This document shows positions 38,332-51,362 of a stretch of DNA of 64,000 nucleotides, piece after piece. The notes beneath the pieces were generated by a model. The model did not search any database, had not been told where the DNA came from, and worked only from the letters and a program-made list of their open reading frames with translations. The first letter of the stretch is position 1. Each line of letters begins with the position of its first letter. Location: the NCBI RefSeq assembly GCF_001194135.2, contig NC_068987.1, positions 27,655,580 through 27,719,579 on the forward strand, in the 5' to 3' direction. Source of the DNA: Octopus bimaculoides. Lineage: Eukaryota. Made by a program: the position numbers and the translations under genes.

Positions 38332-39632
38332 TTAGGTCATCCCATAAGTTCTGTCCGAATTTTGAATAAAGAAAACAAGCGATCAAATGTTATATTTAAT
38401 TGAAATTTAATCATCAATGTACTTTCGCTGATTGTCTATGACTTCCTTCCATCTATTTACCAGCTTTTTAATCCCATGAATGTAAAACTCTTTTGGTTTC
38501 AAAGCGAAGAACTCTGAAATATCAGTTTTGACTTCCTCCTGGCTTGCGAAAGTTATATCCCCCAAATGATCCTGTAAACTACGAAAGAAAGGTAGTCTGA
38601 AGGAGCAAGGGTGGGAGAATAAGGTGGATGAGAAATCTTTTCCCAACCAAGCTCTTCCATCTTCTGTGATGTGATCTTTGCAGTGTGGGGTCGCGCATTG
38701 TCCTGATAAAACATCAACACTTTTCGATTCACTAAAGTGGGTCTTTTCTTTTTCTTCAAAGCTTGGTTCAAACGCTCCAATTGCTGACAGTGAGACTTGA
38801 GAATTTGTTGTTGCATTAGGTGGTAAAAATTCAAAGTGAATAACTCCTTTGCAATCCCACCAGATAGAGAAAATAACCTCCTTCCCATCAAGTTCCCTTC
38901 TCGGTTGTGGTTGAGCTTTTTTTTCCTTTTACTAATCCACTGTTTACGACGTTGAACATTTCGATAGAAGATCCATTTTTCTTCACCAGTCATAAGACTA
39001 TCCAAAAAAAGGGTGAAATGAGTTAGCGATAATGGAGAGAAGACCAGACGTCAACTCGGGATTTTCGGTCGCTTTCGGACAATTCATGAGATACCCATTT
39101 TCCAAGTTTAGGAACCTTTCCAAATTGTTGATGATGACGATGAACAGTTGTATAGTTTGAACTAAGCTTTATTGCCAATTCGTCAACTGATAATGCAGGA
39201 TTCTCTTCAAGTAATGCCTCAAGGTGCTTATCATCAAACTCAACTGGACGTCGTGTTCGATCTTCATCTTCAAGGCTGAAACTTCCACATCTGAATTTTG
39301 CAAACCATCGTCTGCAAGTTCTTTCATTCAAGCATTCTTTTCCACAAACTGCGTGTATGATTCGAGTCGCTTCGGCTGCAGAGTTACCTTTTTTGTATTC
39401 ATAAAGCAGTGTGTGCCTTAAATGCTCTTTAGTTATATGTCCATGTTAGAAAAGGTTTTAATAAAAAAAAATTTAATTCTATCATTCTGTAAAAAAAATA
39501 TTTAATTAGTTTAAACGTACACAAATGCATAAAAAAAAATTCTAAAATTCCATCAGACATTCTAAAATACTATTAAATTTCATTCAATTTTAAAAAAAGG
39601 TAAAATCGGACATAATTTATGGGATGACCTGA
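38332..39632 (-). mobile_element. Full-length mariner (Tc1/mariner, DD34D) DNA transposon
   Basis: TIRs TTAGGTCATCCCATAAGTTCTGTCCG and CGGACATAATTTATGGGATGACCTGA, a TA on both flanks, length 1301 bp. Confidence 0.96.
38407..39444 (-). pseudogene. Mariner transposase, frameshifted
   Basis: WVSHEL, TGEEKW (first D changed to E), QDNARPH and HPPYSPTLAPSD motifs are split over several frames. Confidence 0.95.
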
Positions 39633-40358
39633 TATAAGTGGCCATAGAGTTAAACGGAGCGGAAATAAATGGCCAACAGGAGACGCTATTTTAATGCAGT
39701 AATGTTTTCATGCGAAGATGATCTCTTCAGCATACCCTAATAGTAAAACGCTTGTTGTAGCTCAACAGATTCTATCTTTTGTTCTTAAACTGAATATATA
39801 ACTGCATTAATCAGATCATCGGTTGTTTACAAATATTTACAACTCTTGGTTTTAGGTCACAGATCTTTATCGTGTCCAGCATTACAACTCCTACGTTCGC
39901 TATTATTAGTTTCACTTTACAAGTACCTGTCATATGCATACCACTAAGTTGCGATAACACCTGTGCTCATACTACAAAAAGTCTGTCTAATGGAAACATA
40001 CATAACACGTTTAGTTGGTCAGGAATTGATTAATGAAATTTTGGGAAGGAAAATAAAACGAAAATGAATGGGAGAATTCCCAAGAAGAACAATTATTCTT
40101 GCTTCGCTCTCAAGTGAGGAAAATTTATCTAAACTGGATTGCAAATTAATCTCAATTAATTAGTTTGGACAAATACTCTCATAGCACATGATGTGAGGAA
40201 ACATCCGAATAAATTCAACACAGTGCAGTAGTAATAGTACTGATTACAACAACAAAGAATACTAGAACAGCAGTTGCTTCTATTATTACTGTTACTGCTA
40301 GTACTGCTGTTACTCCTATTGCTGCTGCTACAGTTACAATAACAACTACTACTACTTT

Positions 40359-40520
40359 TGGGAGAGAAGGTGAAGTCGATTGCATCGACCTTCAGTACTC
40401 AACTGGTACTTTATTTATCGACCATGAAAGTCGGCCTCAGCGGAATTTTAACTCAGAATGCAAGAACGGACGAAATGCCGCTAAACGTTTTGCCCACCGT
40501 GCTATCGGTTCTGCCAGCTC
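40359..40520 (-). mobile_element. SINE family A
   Basis: ...actcaactggtactttatttatcgacc...cggttctgccagctc. The head abuts the (AAT)n tract. Confidence 0.85.
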
Positions 40521-40563
40521 ATAATAATAATAATAATGATAATAATAATAATAATAATAATAA

Positions 40564-40606
<43 letters not shown>
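40521..40606. repeat. (AAT)n microsatellite
   Basis: Direct reading. Confidence 0.97.
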
Positions 40607-40705
40607 TGCAGCGCAAAGTCAGAGCTTACCTACCAGAAACTACTATGCAAACGTCCTTAAAGATGGATCTGATCTTTCGTGCAGCATTTGCAGGAAAGTG
40701 GAAGT
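40605..40705 (+). mobile_element. Short fragment of a second RLE-type LINE (zinc-knuckle region)
   Basis: IAAQSQSLPTRNYYANVLKDGSDLSCSICRKVE matches the AQDQxLxTRNY...CRxC block preceding the RLE domain. Confidence 0.7.
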
Positions 40706-42690
40706 GAGAAAGTAGGGAGAAGAGTATACAGGAGGAACATGGAAATGGTAATTGGGCTGTTGAAGATGAGGAACAGGAACGTTATACAGTGAACCCTGAT
40801 ACTGTGATCGATGGACTTGCAAGGGAAATGAACCAACTAGATAATGAATTGCTTGAAATTCAAAGACGACTCACCGACTTGATGAATGCTCCAGAAGCAA
40901 AGATCCCCATGAATATGAGAAGGGTATGATAAAGTATCACAAAAGTTAAATACTGTCATACCATACGTCCAGACGGAGGACATAACACAAAGAAGGAATC
41001 TTTTCCGAGCTATTGCGCTACATGTCGAGGAGAAATTACAACTTAAGAAAACACAAAATGGTGGAGCAAAAGAACCATGGTGGAAACGACGCATTGAAAG
41101 AGACATAATGCGGGCAAGGCAAGATCTAAGAAAAAATGAGCAATGGTCAAGAGAAAACTGGAAAAATGGGAAAAAGACCGACCGAGAAAAATTCGAGAAG
41201 AAATATAAAATACGGAAGAACGGGCCTGATGCAGCAATAGAGCAGTTAAAACAAAGGATCATGTCAAAAAGCCAGAAGATCAGAAGATTTGTGAACAGAA
41301 AGTGGGTATAGATATCTAGGGATTTTGGAAAGTGGGTATCGATATTTAGGGATTTTGGAGCTCGATGACATTCTACACAGTGATATGAAAGTCAATGTCA
41401 GTGAGGCGTATCAAAAATGGGTGAAGATATTGATGAAATTCAACCTGAATGTCCAAAATCTTGATTATCGCAATGAACATCTGCGCAGTTACGGTGGTCA
41501 GATAGCGTGCGTCCATCCTCAAAGGGACTGAGGAGGAAATATGAACAATCGATAGAAGGACGAGGAAGTTGATGACGCTGCATGGAGCGCTAAACTCTAA
41601 AGCAAACCTAAACAGACTGTATATGAAAAGAAAGAATGGTGGCAGAAGACTATTTAGTATAGATCATTGTATAAAGAGTGAAAGGATAACGCTTGCCAAG
41701 TATTTGATAAATAGTGATGAAGACCTGCTGCAACATGCCGTGAAAGATATGGATGTAAATCCAGATGAAATGATGGGCTAAGAAGAATTTAACCAAAGAG
41801 CTGGGGAGAAGAGAAAAGAAGACCTTCTTGAAATGAGAATGCATGGACATTTTGAAATGCTAAGGATAATACAGCATCGTGGGTATGGCTTCGGCGAGGT
41901 GATTTGATGCATACCACCGAAAGCCTGATCATTGCTGCACAAGGAAAGGTTCTTGCTACCAATTCCGTGAAGTATAACATCTATGAAACTTCTGACACCC
42001 AGAAATGCAGACTCTGCGGAAAGAGTGTGGGAAATGTTACCAACTTGATAAGTGGATGTGAGAGCCTTGCACAGAAAGAATACAAGTGTCGCCACGATAA
42101 AGTGTGTGTGTATCTTCATTGGCTCTTATGCCGTAAATACCAATATGAAGTAACAGAGAACTGGTATGAGCAAGTACCAAGTAAAGTTATGCAGGAAGAT
42201 GGAAAAGTAACGATACTCTGGAACTATGATTTTCAGACGGATCGTGTAATCGAAGACTATCGCCGGATATTGTCATATTGAATAATAGAGACAAATACTG
42301 TTAGATCGTTGATGTAGCCATACCAAATGACATGAATGTTGTGAGTAAAGAGATTGAAAAAATCACCAAGTACTCTGAATTGAAAGTGGAAATGGGAAGA
42401 CTATATGGAATGCGAGAGAGTAATGTAAAAGTGTTACCAGTGGTAATCGGATCGTTGGGCTCAATCCCATTGAAACTTCAAAACTTCTTGAAGCAACTGG
42501 AAATCCCATGCCAGACTGATGTCTTTCAAAAAGCAACCTCATTGGTCACCTCACATCTTAAGGAAAGTATTATCTGTCTGAATTTCTTGTTGTGGCTTGA
42601 CAGATGACTAATGTCTCCAGTGCATTTTTACCTACACCATGTTACGAAGGATGGTGATGATGATGACGACGACGACGACGATGATGAAAA
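40705..42690 (+). mobile_element. R4/Dong-like RLE non-LTR retrotransposon with the RT core deleted
   Basis: KEPWWKRRIE, ESGYRYLGILE, LYMKRKNGGRRL, CRLCGKSVGNVTNLISGC, RHDKVCVYLHW, TILWNYDFQTDRVIE and KEIEKITKY motifs, with a (GAT/GAC)n tail. Confidence 0.93.
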
Positions 42691-43745
42691 TATTTAAAAT
42701 ACGAGTATTGGCTCTACTGAGCATATTATGAGGAAAATTACGATCTATTAAATTGAAATCACGAAACGACACTTATTATTTCACAGCATCTTGTGCTTCA
42801 TGATATAATTGAAATGTAGCATCTAAACAGTATTCAACTAATATAAGCAGTATTCTATAACATGGTACTTAAGGTCTATAAATTATCCCCTGTTTATCTC
42901 TAAGTTCTCCCAAGTTTTGCAGTTAAGTTACTGATATTCAATTGCTAACATTCTGTACTTACTATTTATAATACAAACGCGGACAATCACTAATAGCCTC
43001 GGAGTCATTTCAGTATAACGTCTACTTAGTTGTAAGGCACCAAACAACTTGTATGAGCTTCAGTAAAATAGTTAATCTGATGTGGTCTATCCTGAAAGAT
43101 GTTGTTAGTTGCACTTAATGGGTATTACATTGTTTTTGCGAGTAAATTTTCTGGGAACCCACATAATAACATATTATAAAGACATCGATCCAACACACCC
43201 AACGACGAAGAGATTCTACACCTAACGTCTGTTATGATTTTATAGCCATACACAAAACATTATCAAAGGAAAAAAACGGAAAGTAGATTATCAAGTGCTG
43301 ATAAAAAAGATCAAGGAAATGTTTTGAAATCAACCTGCGCTACAACCCAGATAGAAATACATATAAATGGTGTGTCTTCATTTATTTTTAAAATAATGAG
43401 TCTATTTAAATATACTTTATATGTACCTCTAGCATATACTTCATTATATAGCATTATAAATCTCTTCGCTCTTGAATGATAGAAAATCTTAGGTCAACAA
43501 GACTTCTACGTTCAAAATGATTTGCAAATGTACACATACAAAATATACGTATACAAATATGCATATATACNNNNNNNNNNNNNNNNNNNNNNNNNNNNNN
43601 NNNNNNNNNNNNNNNNNNNNNNNNNNNNNNNNNNNNNNNNNNNNNNNNNNNNNNNNNNNNNNNNNNNNNNNNNNNNNNNNNNNNNNNNNNNNNNNNNNNN
43701 NNNNNNNNNNNNNNNNNNNNNNNNNNNNNNNNNNNNNNNNNNNNN

Positions 43746-43779
<34 letters not shown>

Positions 43780-44467
43780 GCTCACACACGTACATATGAA
43801 TATATAAACATATGTATGCACATACCCATATACATACATGCATGCATGCATACGTGCTTACGTATGCTTACATGCGTGTACCATTGTATAATAGTATGCA
43901 CTGGCTTCTATATATTTTCACTTGACAAAACTTTATTCTATAGATATCAGTGCATTATAAACAGCAGGCGCCAAGAGAATCTAAATTGCAGGACCGTGAC
44001 ATAAGATTAGTTTCGCCACTGCTGCTTGAATTTGATCGAATTTTATGCCATTTAAATAAACCAATCACTGTTTCCACTCAATTTACAATTTTAAGAGTTC
44101 ACGTGGTAGGAATGTGAGGTGGTAAACGAGTAATTTCTTTACAGAATAACGTATATGCATGATAACGTTAAGAGATAGATATAGACCAATTTAAATAAAC
44201 TTCAAGCGTATTTTGATGATATTGGATATATCAGAACTGAGGATTTGATTAAAAATCATTAATTATTATGCAGGAAATAATGCGAAATGCACACAATTCT
44301 TCAATACTGTACACAATCATATATGTCTTATCTATGTATCTTCAAGCACCCATACGTCGATATATATGTGTGTGTATGTCTAATCTATATGTGGCAGTAT
44401 GTATGTGTAGAAGCATCTGCGTCTATCTATCTATCTATCTATCTATATGTGTGTGTATGTATGTATA

Positions 44468-44518
<51 letters not shown>

Positions 44519-44555
44519 NNNNNNNNNNNNNNNNNNNNNNNNNNNNNGCATGTGC

Positions 44556-44602
<47 letters not shown>

Positions 44603-45454
44603 CGAAATCATTTGACTTAAATTTACGTAAAAGGAAATTCAACAAAAACATCTACATTGATGTAATTTAAAAGAAGTATTTAACTCTTTTGTACGAATTA
44701 TATTGCAGGCAATTTTGTGAAACTCAGGGAGTGAACTACGCGATATTGTTTCTAAAAGTATGTATGAATAATCTCAAACCTACGTTATGTATTTGAGCGT
44801 GTTGTACAGATATTTTGCTAAGAAGCTTAAAACGACATGTATTGAAACTGGAATCTGGGTTTATTCGTTTGCTATTCAAATCTCACAATGCACCAATTCA
44901 ATATTTCTTGATTTCAATAAGCTAGAAAAATAATGAATTCTAACATAAGTTGCTAATTCTGAAAGTTGTTTCGCTTTAACATCAAATTGAGGTTAGGTCT
45001 CAGATATAAATCAATTCTATTAAAAATCTAATAGTTAAATATGAATTATAACTCACTTATGAACATTTGCAATAGTATCCGTAACAGATACATATATACA
45101 TATAAATACGTATATACGTATATACATACTGAGAAACAGATGCATATACAGTTGTCCATATTCCGAAAATATACGTTTGTAACTAGTTTATGATACAAAT
45201 GTAATATATAAAAACTTGACGAAAGTTCCCTTGGGATTTAGGTTAAAATATGCATCCCAAGGGATAGTCATAAAATACATTTGCATTATATTACAGAAAA
45301 GAAATTGTTGAATATTGAAAGAAAATATGCGTCAGCTTATATAACGTGGAATTAACACATACATGTCCGCAGGTATATGCATACACTCGCACAAACACAC
45401 ACAAAGTGATACAGATGTAAGAGTGTACATATAAGTACAAATGCTCTATTCATA

Positions 45455-45487
<33 letters not shown>

Positions 45488-45632
45488 GGGGGGTGTGTGT
45501 GTGTGTGTGTGTATGTGTGTGTGTAATTATGTATGTATATATATAATCATCAAAATAAGCAACAAGGGTATCCAAAGTTAATGCAGTACGATCGTTTCCT
45601 GCGACTCCATTTATTTAAGCAATGTGAACATG

Positions 45633-45675
<43 letters not shown>

Positions 45676-46784
45676 GGATTAGCATTGAGTTGCTTCTCCA
45701 ACATACTGAAAATTTAGAAATAGCAGTCAAAGAACTACTGATTCTAAACTACAAATTCTTCTCTAGATGGATGGCGATATTTATGGCACACATAGAACAA
45801 AAAACCGGAGGGGAAAGCATAAACAAAACAAGTCTTTAGTTAATCGGATACGATCGTTTCATGGTTAAGAGAATGAANNNNNNNNNNNNNNNNNNNNNNN
45901 NNNNNNNNNNNNNNNNNNNNNNNNNNNNNNNNNNNNNNNNNNNNNNNNNNNNNNNNNNNNNNNNNNNNNNNNNNNNNNNNNNNNNNNNNNNNNNNNNNNN
46001 NNNNNNNNNNNNNNNNNNNNNNNNNNNNNNNNNNNNNNNNNNNNNNNNNNNNNNNNNNNNNNNNNNNNNNNNNNNNNNNNNNNNNNNNNNNNNNNNNNNN
46101 NNNNNNNNNNNNNNNNNNNNNNNNNNNNNNNNNNNNNNNNNNNNNNNNNNNNNNNNNNNNNNNNNNNNNNNNNNNNNNNNNNNNNNNNNNNNNNNNNNNN
46201 NNNNNNNNNNNNNNNNNNNNNNNNNNNNNNNNNNNNNNNNNNNNNNNNNNNNNNNNNNNNNNNNNNNNNNNNNNNNNNNNNNNNNNNNTATATATATATA
46301 TATATATTATATATATATACGTATATATAGATAGATAGATAAATAGATAGATACATGAATTAATACCAGTCCTAGTAGTGTAAAAGTAAGCGGTCGCACA
46401 TACAGATGTGTGTGTATGTGTGTGTGCGTGTATGAGTCTGTGTGTGTGCGTGTTAGTGTGTGTGTGGTTTGTTAAAATGCCCATTTGCTGACGGAAATTG
46501 CCCCGGGAATGCTCCTTAAACGACGCCTCGTGTTAACGAAGACCGAGCATCTCAGAACAGGCGAGACAACTCGCCCCTAAGTGACCAACAGTGGTAGATA
46601 TTGACATTTTGCCAATATTGTGACTGCTCAATATTGAATATCCGGCGGATAATATTTACAATATTAGAGTTTATTTTATTCGTAATTCATTTCTCTTTCA
46701 CATGTGCTACACTGCAGAACATCACAAATTGACTTCTCTCTATTTGCATATAAACCCCAGATCAGTGATTCATTTCGTTTCCAG

Positions 46785-46864
46785 GTGATGCGAGCGTATG
46801 GTATTCAGGAGCCAGAATACTTCAGAAATGTCGATATCTACAATCATCGGTCATTTAATGGCAA
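46785..46864 (+). CDS. Candidate host exon, product unknown (VMRAYGIQEPEYFRNVDIYNHRSFNGK)
   Basis: tttcgtttccAG acceptor, GTAATC donor, one frame open across the exon, non-repetitive and relatively GC-rich. No homologue recognised. Confidence 0.3.
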
Positions 46865-46991
46865 GTAATCTCACCTGGTCTGGAATACTCTGTTTTCTTT
46901 AACACTTGGCATCATGTAGGGAGCTTTCCCCGGATATGGGAGGTAGAGCATTTCATAAAAAAACACTTTGTGCAACCGAGATAAGTATTCA

Positions 46992-47032
<41 letters not shown>

Positions 47033-47656
47033 NNNNNNNNNNNNNNNNNNNNNNNNNNNNNNNNNNNNNNNNNNNNNNNNNNNNNNNNNNNNNNNNNNNN
47101 NNNNNNNNNNNNNNNNNNNNNNNNNNNNNNNNNNNNNNNNNNNNNNNNNNNNNNNNNNNNNNNNNNNNNNNNNNNNNNNNNNNNNNNNNNNNNNNNNNNN
47201 NNNNNNNNNNNNNNNNNNNNNNNNNNNNNNNNNNNNNNNNNNNNNNNNNNNNNNNAATAACCGTTATGGAAACAAAAACAAAGGGAAATTACTGTGTGGT
47301 GTCAAAACCCGTCTAAATTTGCGTATATCATACACGCACCTCAAAGTGCATACGTTTATATCTACGTGCGCACGTATTCTCGCACATATGCTGTTCCTTG
47401 TGCGTGTCTATAAGCGCACGGAAAAAGGTTTGGAGGGGACAAAAAAAAAAAACAGAAAAACTATATGTGGGAAAATACAAAAACCCTTAACCCTACACCT
47501 ATGTAAAAACCTAAAAATAATTAAAATTATATTATAATATCGAAATATAAAAATAAAAAATAAAAATATAAGATTCAGGTAAAGAGTGAAAAAACTTAAT
47601 AAGGGAGCACTGATAGGCTCCCATATTGTTGTTGTTTGTATTATTATTATTCAACT

Positions 47657-47722
47657 GCCTGGAATCGAACTCTGAATTTTGGGGTTAGTAACCCGCGCTC
47701 TAAACCACTACACCATATGCCC
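47657..47722 (-). mobile_element. tRNA-like Pol III head (SINE or tRNA pseudogene)
   Basis: The minus strand reads GGGCATATGGTGTAGTGGTTTAGAGCGCGGGTTACTAACCCCAAAATTCAGAGTTCGATTCCAGGC, with A box, B box and an anticodon-like stem but no complete acceptor stem. Confidence 0.7.
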
Positions 47723-48494
47723 GTGGGTAATTATGGAGTGTATTTTAGGGCTTATAAATCTAATTTTTTTTTTATTCATCCTTAATACCGGTTCTCATAT
47801 GCTACTCATATCTGCCCTTAGTAGACAGTATGGAGACTGGTACACTCTCAAAATTTATTTCCTACCATGGTATCCGCCCAGATGATATATACTTCAAAGC
47901 TCACACAGCACCCCCGCCACACACACACGCCCCTCCACTCACATAAATATCGTATGTTCGATTATAGATAAAGGGATTGGTATGTATCCAATTTAAATAC
48001 TTGTGCATGTCTACATGTTAGCACACACACATACAATCACACAAACATACAAATGTACACACGCGTACGCACACACACACACATATATATATATGTGTGT
48101 TTGTATAAAGAGGATTAAGATTAACATTATTTCCGTATGTCATTGATTACGCTCGACATGATAAAAGACGGTAGCGTAAAATATGAATCAATATATGTCA
48201 ATGACGGTAGATATATGTAAATGTATTCCACTATATCATGTATGAAATATAGCAACTACAGATTTAACCTTTTACTTAAATGGATAACAATAATTCACAG
48301 AAAACCTAATAAACTACATGCATTTCCCTATAAATGAATTTTTCTGTGTGTGCCGGAAAGTTGTGTACTCTGCAAAAAGTATTAACTACTTTGAGTATGG
48401 ACAAAACGGCTTCTCGCAGAATAATATACAATTATTCTCTCAACCTTCATTAGAGCATATTTTTACATAATTATTAAAAGTAACATTAACAATG

Positions 48495-48706
48495 AATTCT
48501 AATTTTGCGCAAGGTCAGCAATTTCAGACGAGGATTTTAGTGGATTACATCGACCCCACTGTTCAACTGGTACTTATTTTATCGACCCAAATAGGGACGA
48601 AATGTAAAGTTGACATGAGCCTAATTTGAACTTAGAACATAAAGCCGGACAGAATATCACTAAGCATTTTGCCCTGCATGTTAATGCTCTACCAGCTCGC
48701 TGCCTT
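48495..48706 (-). mobile_element. SINE family A
   Basis: ...caactggtacttattttatcgaccc...ccagctcgctgcctt. taacattaa occurs on both flanks. Confidence 0.85.
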
Positions 48707-50999
48707 GACAATTAACATTAATATTACTATTTCTTTTGCTGTGTCGTTTCTTAGATACTAGACAATGCGTGTGTTAAAATATCACTGACCTTTGTATGCC
48801 TCTATTGGAGTACATTTTGTTTGAAAGTCTAGGTCCCGGTCTTTGATTTTAGGATAACGTTCTTATCACCTACCTGTCGTACAGGGCTTTCAATAGACCT
48901 TGGGTGGTTTTTCAAACTAAATCAAATATCTTTAGTAGAACGCAGAAGATTATAAATAAAGAATATACAATTGTTACTTCGGAAAATATCTTTGGTATTG
49001 GTTGAGGATATATTTGAAATTATTTTTTCTGTTTACTCAGCGTAGAAGAATATGACCCATGACTTGCTTTATGGTACACGAAGGACCACTTGAACATTAA
49101 TAGAAGAGCTTTTGCTGCAGCAGAGTTCAGCGCATGTATAAATGCTTGCAAAAATGTGGACATCTCCGAAAACAACAACAAAAAAGAAGGGATCGTGTGA
49201 AAGCAGGCAACTGATTACATTTACCTGCACAATTTTACTTTACCCAACGTTAGTTATGTTTTATCTCGAGCCTATGGCACGACGGCTTTGCAAATGAGCC
49301 CTACAATTTCACTAAACTCTTAACTACAGGCATATCTGCGTCTGGAAGGACACCACTGACAACTACAAAGGTTTCGTTTGAAAGTATGCCTCTTGCCTTC
49401 ACATAAATGAAGCAAAAGCAAGTGTCACAATGATACTTTATTGAATGATAGTGGAAGGGTGTCTCATTACGCAATCGATACAGTGGGAAGAAAGGTAAGG
49501 AATTATTTTCAGCGTTTATTTTCTGTTAGAGACGTATAAAAGTTTATGAATATCATATTTGTATCAAAAATATTGCTCCAAAGTAAGTAAAATAGTTCAG
49601 TCAGTAAATAATACTAGGCAGGGTTATTAGATCTACGTCGACTCTATTATCGATAACTACTATTTCAAAAGCAAAAAGCATTCAGGCTCATGATACAATA
49701 TAAATGCTCGTTCCTGAACATTGAAATTAAAACAAATTCTCCCTTGCAAGGTCGACTGTCTTCACTCACACACACTAAATAATAAAGAAACAACAAAAGA
49801 TGAAAACGCACTATACTTTTAAAAACGTTGCAGTCACAACACAATCTGTGTTGAATTTGAACAAATCTAGGTTTATAGAATAGATTATTTCTTAAAATCA
49901 AGGAATAATACTAAACAAGGTAAGACTGAAGAAACCTATGCTTCAATACCCGTGCCATACGGCAGATTATTTAATTATTAATGGGTCTCTTTGACAATGA
50001 AGGTTCAAACTATTGATATTTACGATCTAGTACTTGGTGAGATAGCTAATATGTGTAACTATAATACAAATACATACATTGGATAATATATATGGCAGTA
50101 AATAAGTTCGGTTTCTATAAAGCAGTCTCACTAAGTCATTAAGCTAGATGCATGGGGCAACTTTAACGATAGCAATTAAAACGATACTGGTTAAATATTG
50201 GAATCATGCAAGTAATTGGTAGACTTTGAATTGAAAGTTGAAACCAAATTAACAGCATATTTTATTAAGCGGAACCTACTGTGTATACTAAACATCCGAT
50301 GAAGCGGCGCCAAGTAAGGAAATTACATTTATATGTATTATCTAATATGATAGTTGGTATCTCGCGTTTTCAATCCATTCTGCAAAATATATTTCAATTT
50401 ACAATCTGCAGCCATTCGTGTTGGCCGTCATATTTTCTGACAATTCTACATAAATCAATCATTTTATCTATGATTTATGACCCAGTAAATAAACGAACAT
50501 TTTATTTTATCAAACTCATCTCATTTTCGGTTTTATTAACAACAATTCGGCCTCCCAACACATTCTGTAGCTCAGACAGCAAAAATTATGAGTAGTTTAA
50601 TGGAGTAGGATACCGTCATGATTCAAGTAAATTAGAAATTTTATTTTAAGCATCTTTGGAAATGTTATTGATTTTAGATAACAACTAAAACTATATTACT
50701 ATTACCAATATTAAGCAACATTTAAAGATTTATTTCGTTGTTATTCGAGCGAAGACAATGTATTTGTGTGGTATTTATATTAGACACAGATACACACACT
50801 CATATATATGTGCGCCCGGAGTATATAAATCTATAGCATATAACACACGCACATATCGAAACTCGTATAGCGGTGATATGCCTTTGGTTAGGTTCTGTGA
50901 ACGTAAACATACCTCAGCACCCTCCATATGACTTATGAGGGACCGTACCCTCCCCTTCTGCCGTGAGGTAGATTACTGGAACTTTGACTATGATAACCA

Positions 51000-51185
51000 G
51001 ACCAAAGATGAACATGTAGTGGTTTCCCGTGCCTTCTTCATGCAAGTTGAATTAGAACGCAGAAAGTCGGAAGATATACGTTAAAGCATTTCTACTGATG
51101 GCATGACGGTTTTGCCACTCTCCCTCATCCCTACAGAACATTGTGACATGAAGTACAATACCCTAACCACTAGGCCACGTGCTTT
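51000..51185 (-). mobile_element. Degenerate SINE A fragment plus a tRNA-like head (TGGCCTAGTGGTTAGGG)
   Basis: gttgaattagaacgcagaaagtcggaag...aagcatt resembles the SINE A minus strand. A clear A box lies at about 51160-51180. Confidence 0.5.
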
Positions 51186-51362
51186 GGTCATAAGCACGCG
51201 CATGCGCACAAACAAGTCTTTACATATATAAGTTTAAAATTCGAGTTGGCTGAGACATCAAGTTAGTTCCATAATCTGGTTGAATAAACCGATAGGTAAA
51301 AAATACATAGAAATGAAGAAGATAAATAAAATGCATAAGTTTATGAGGCAAGGAGGAGACAA

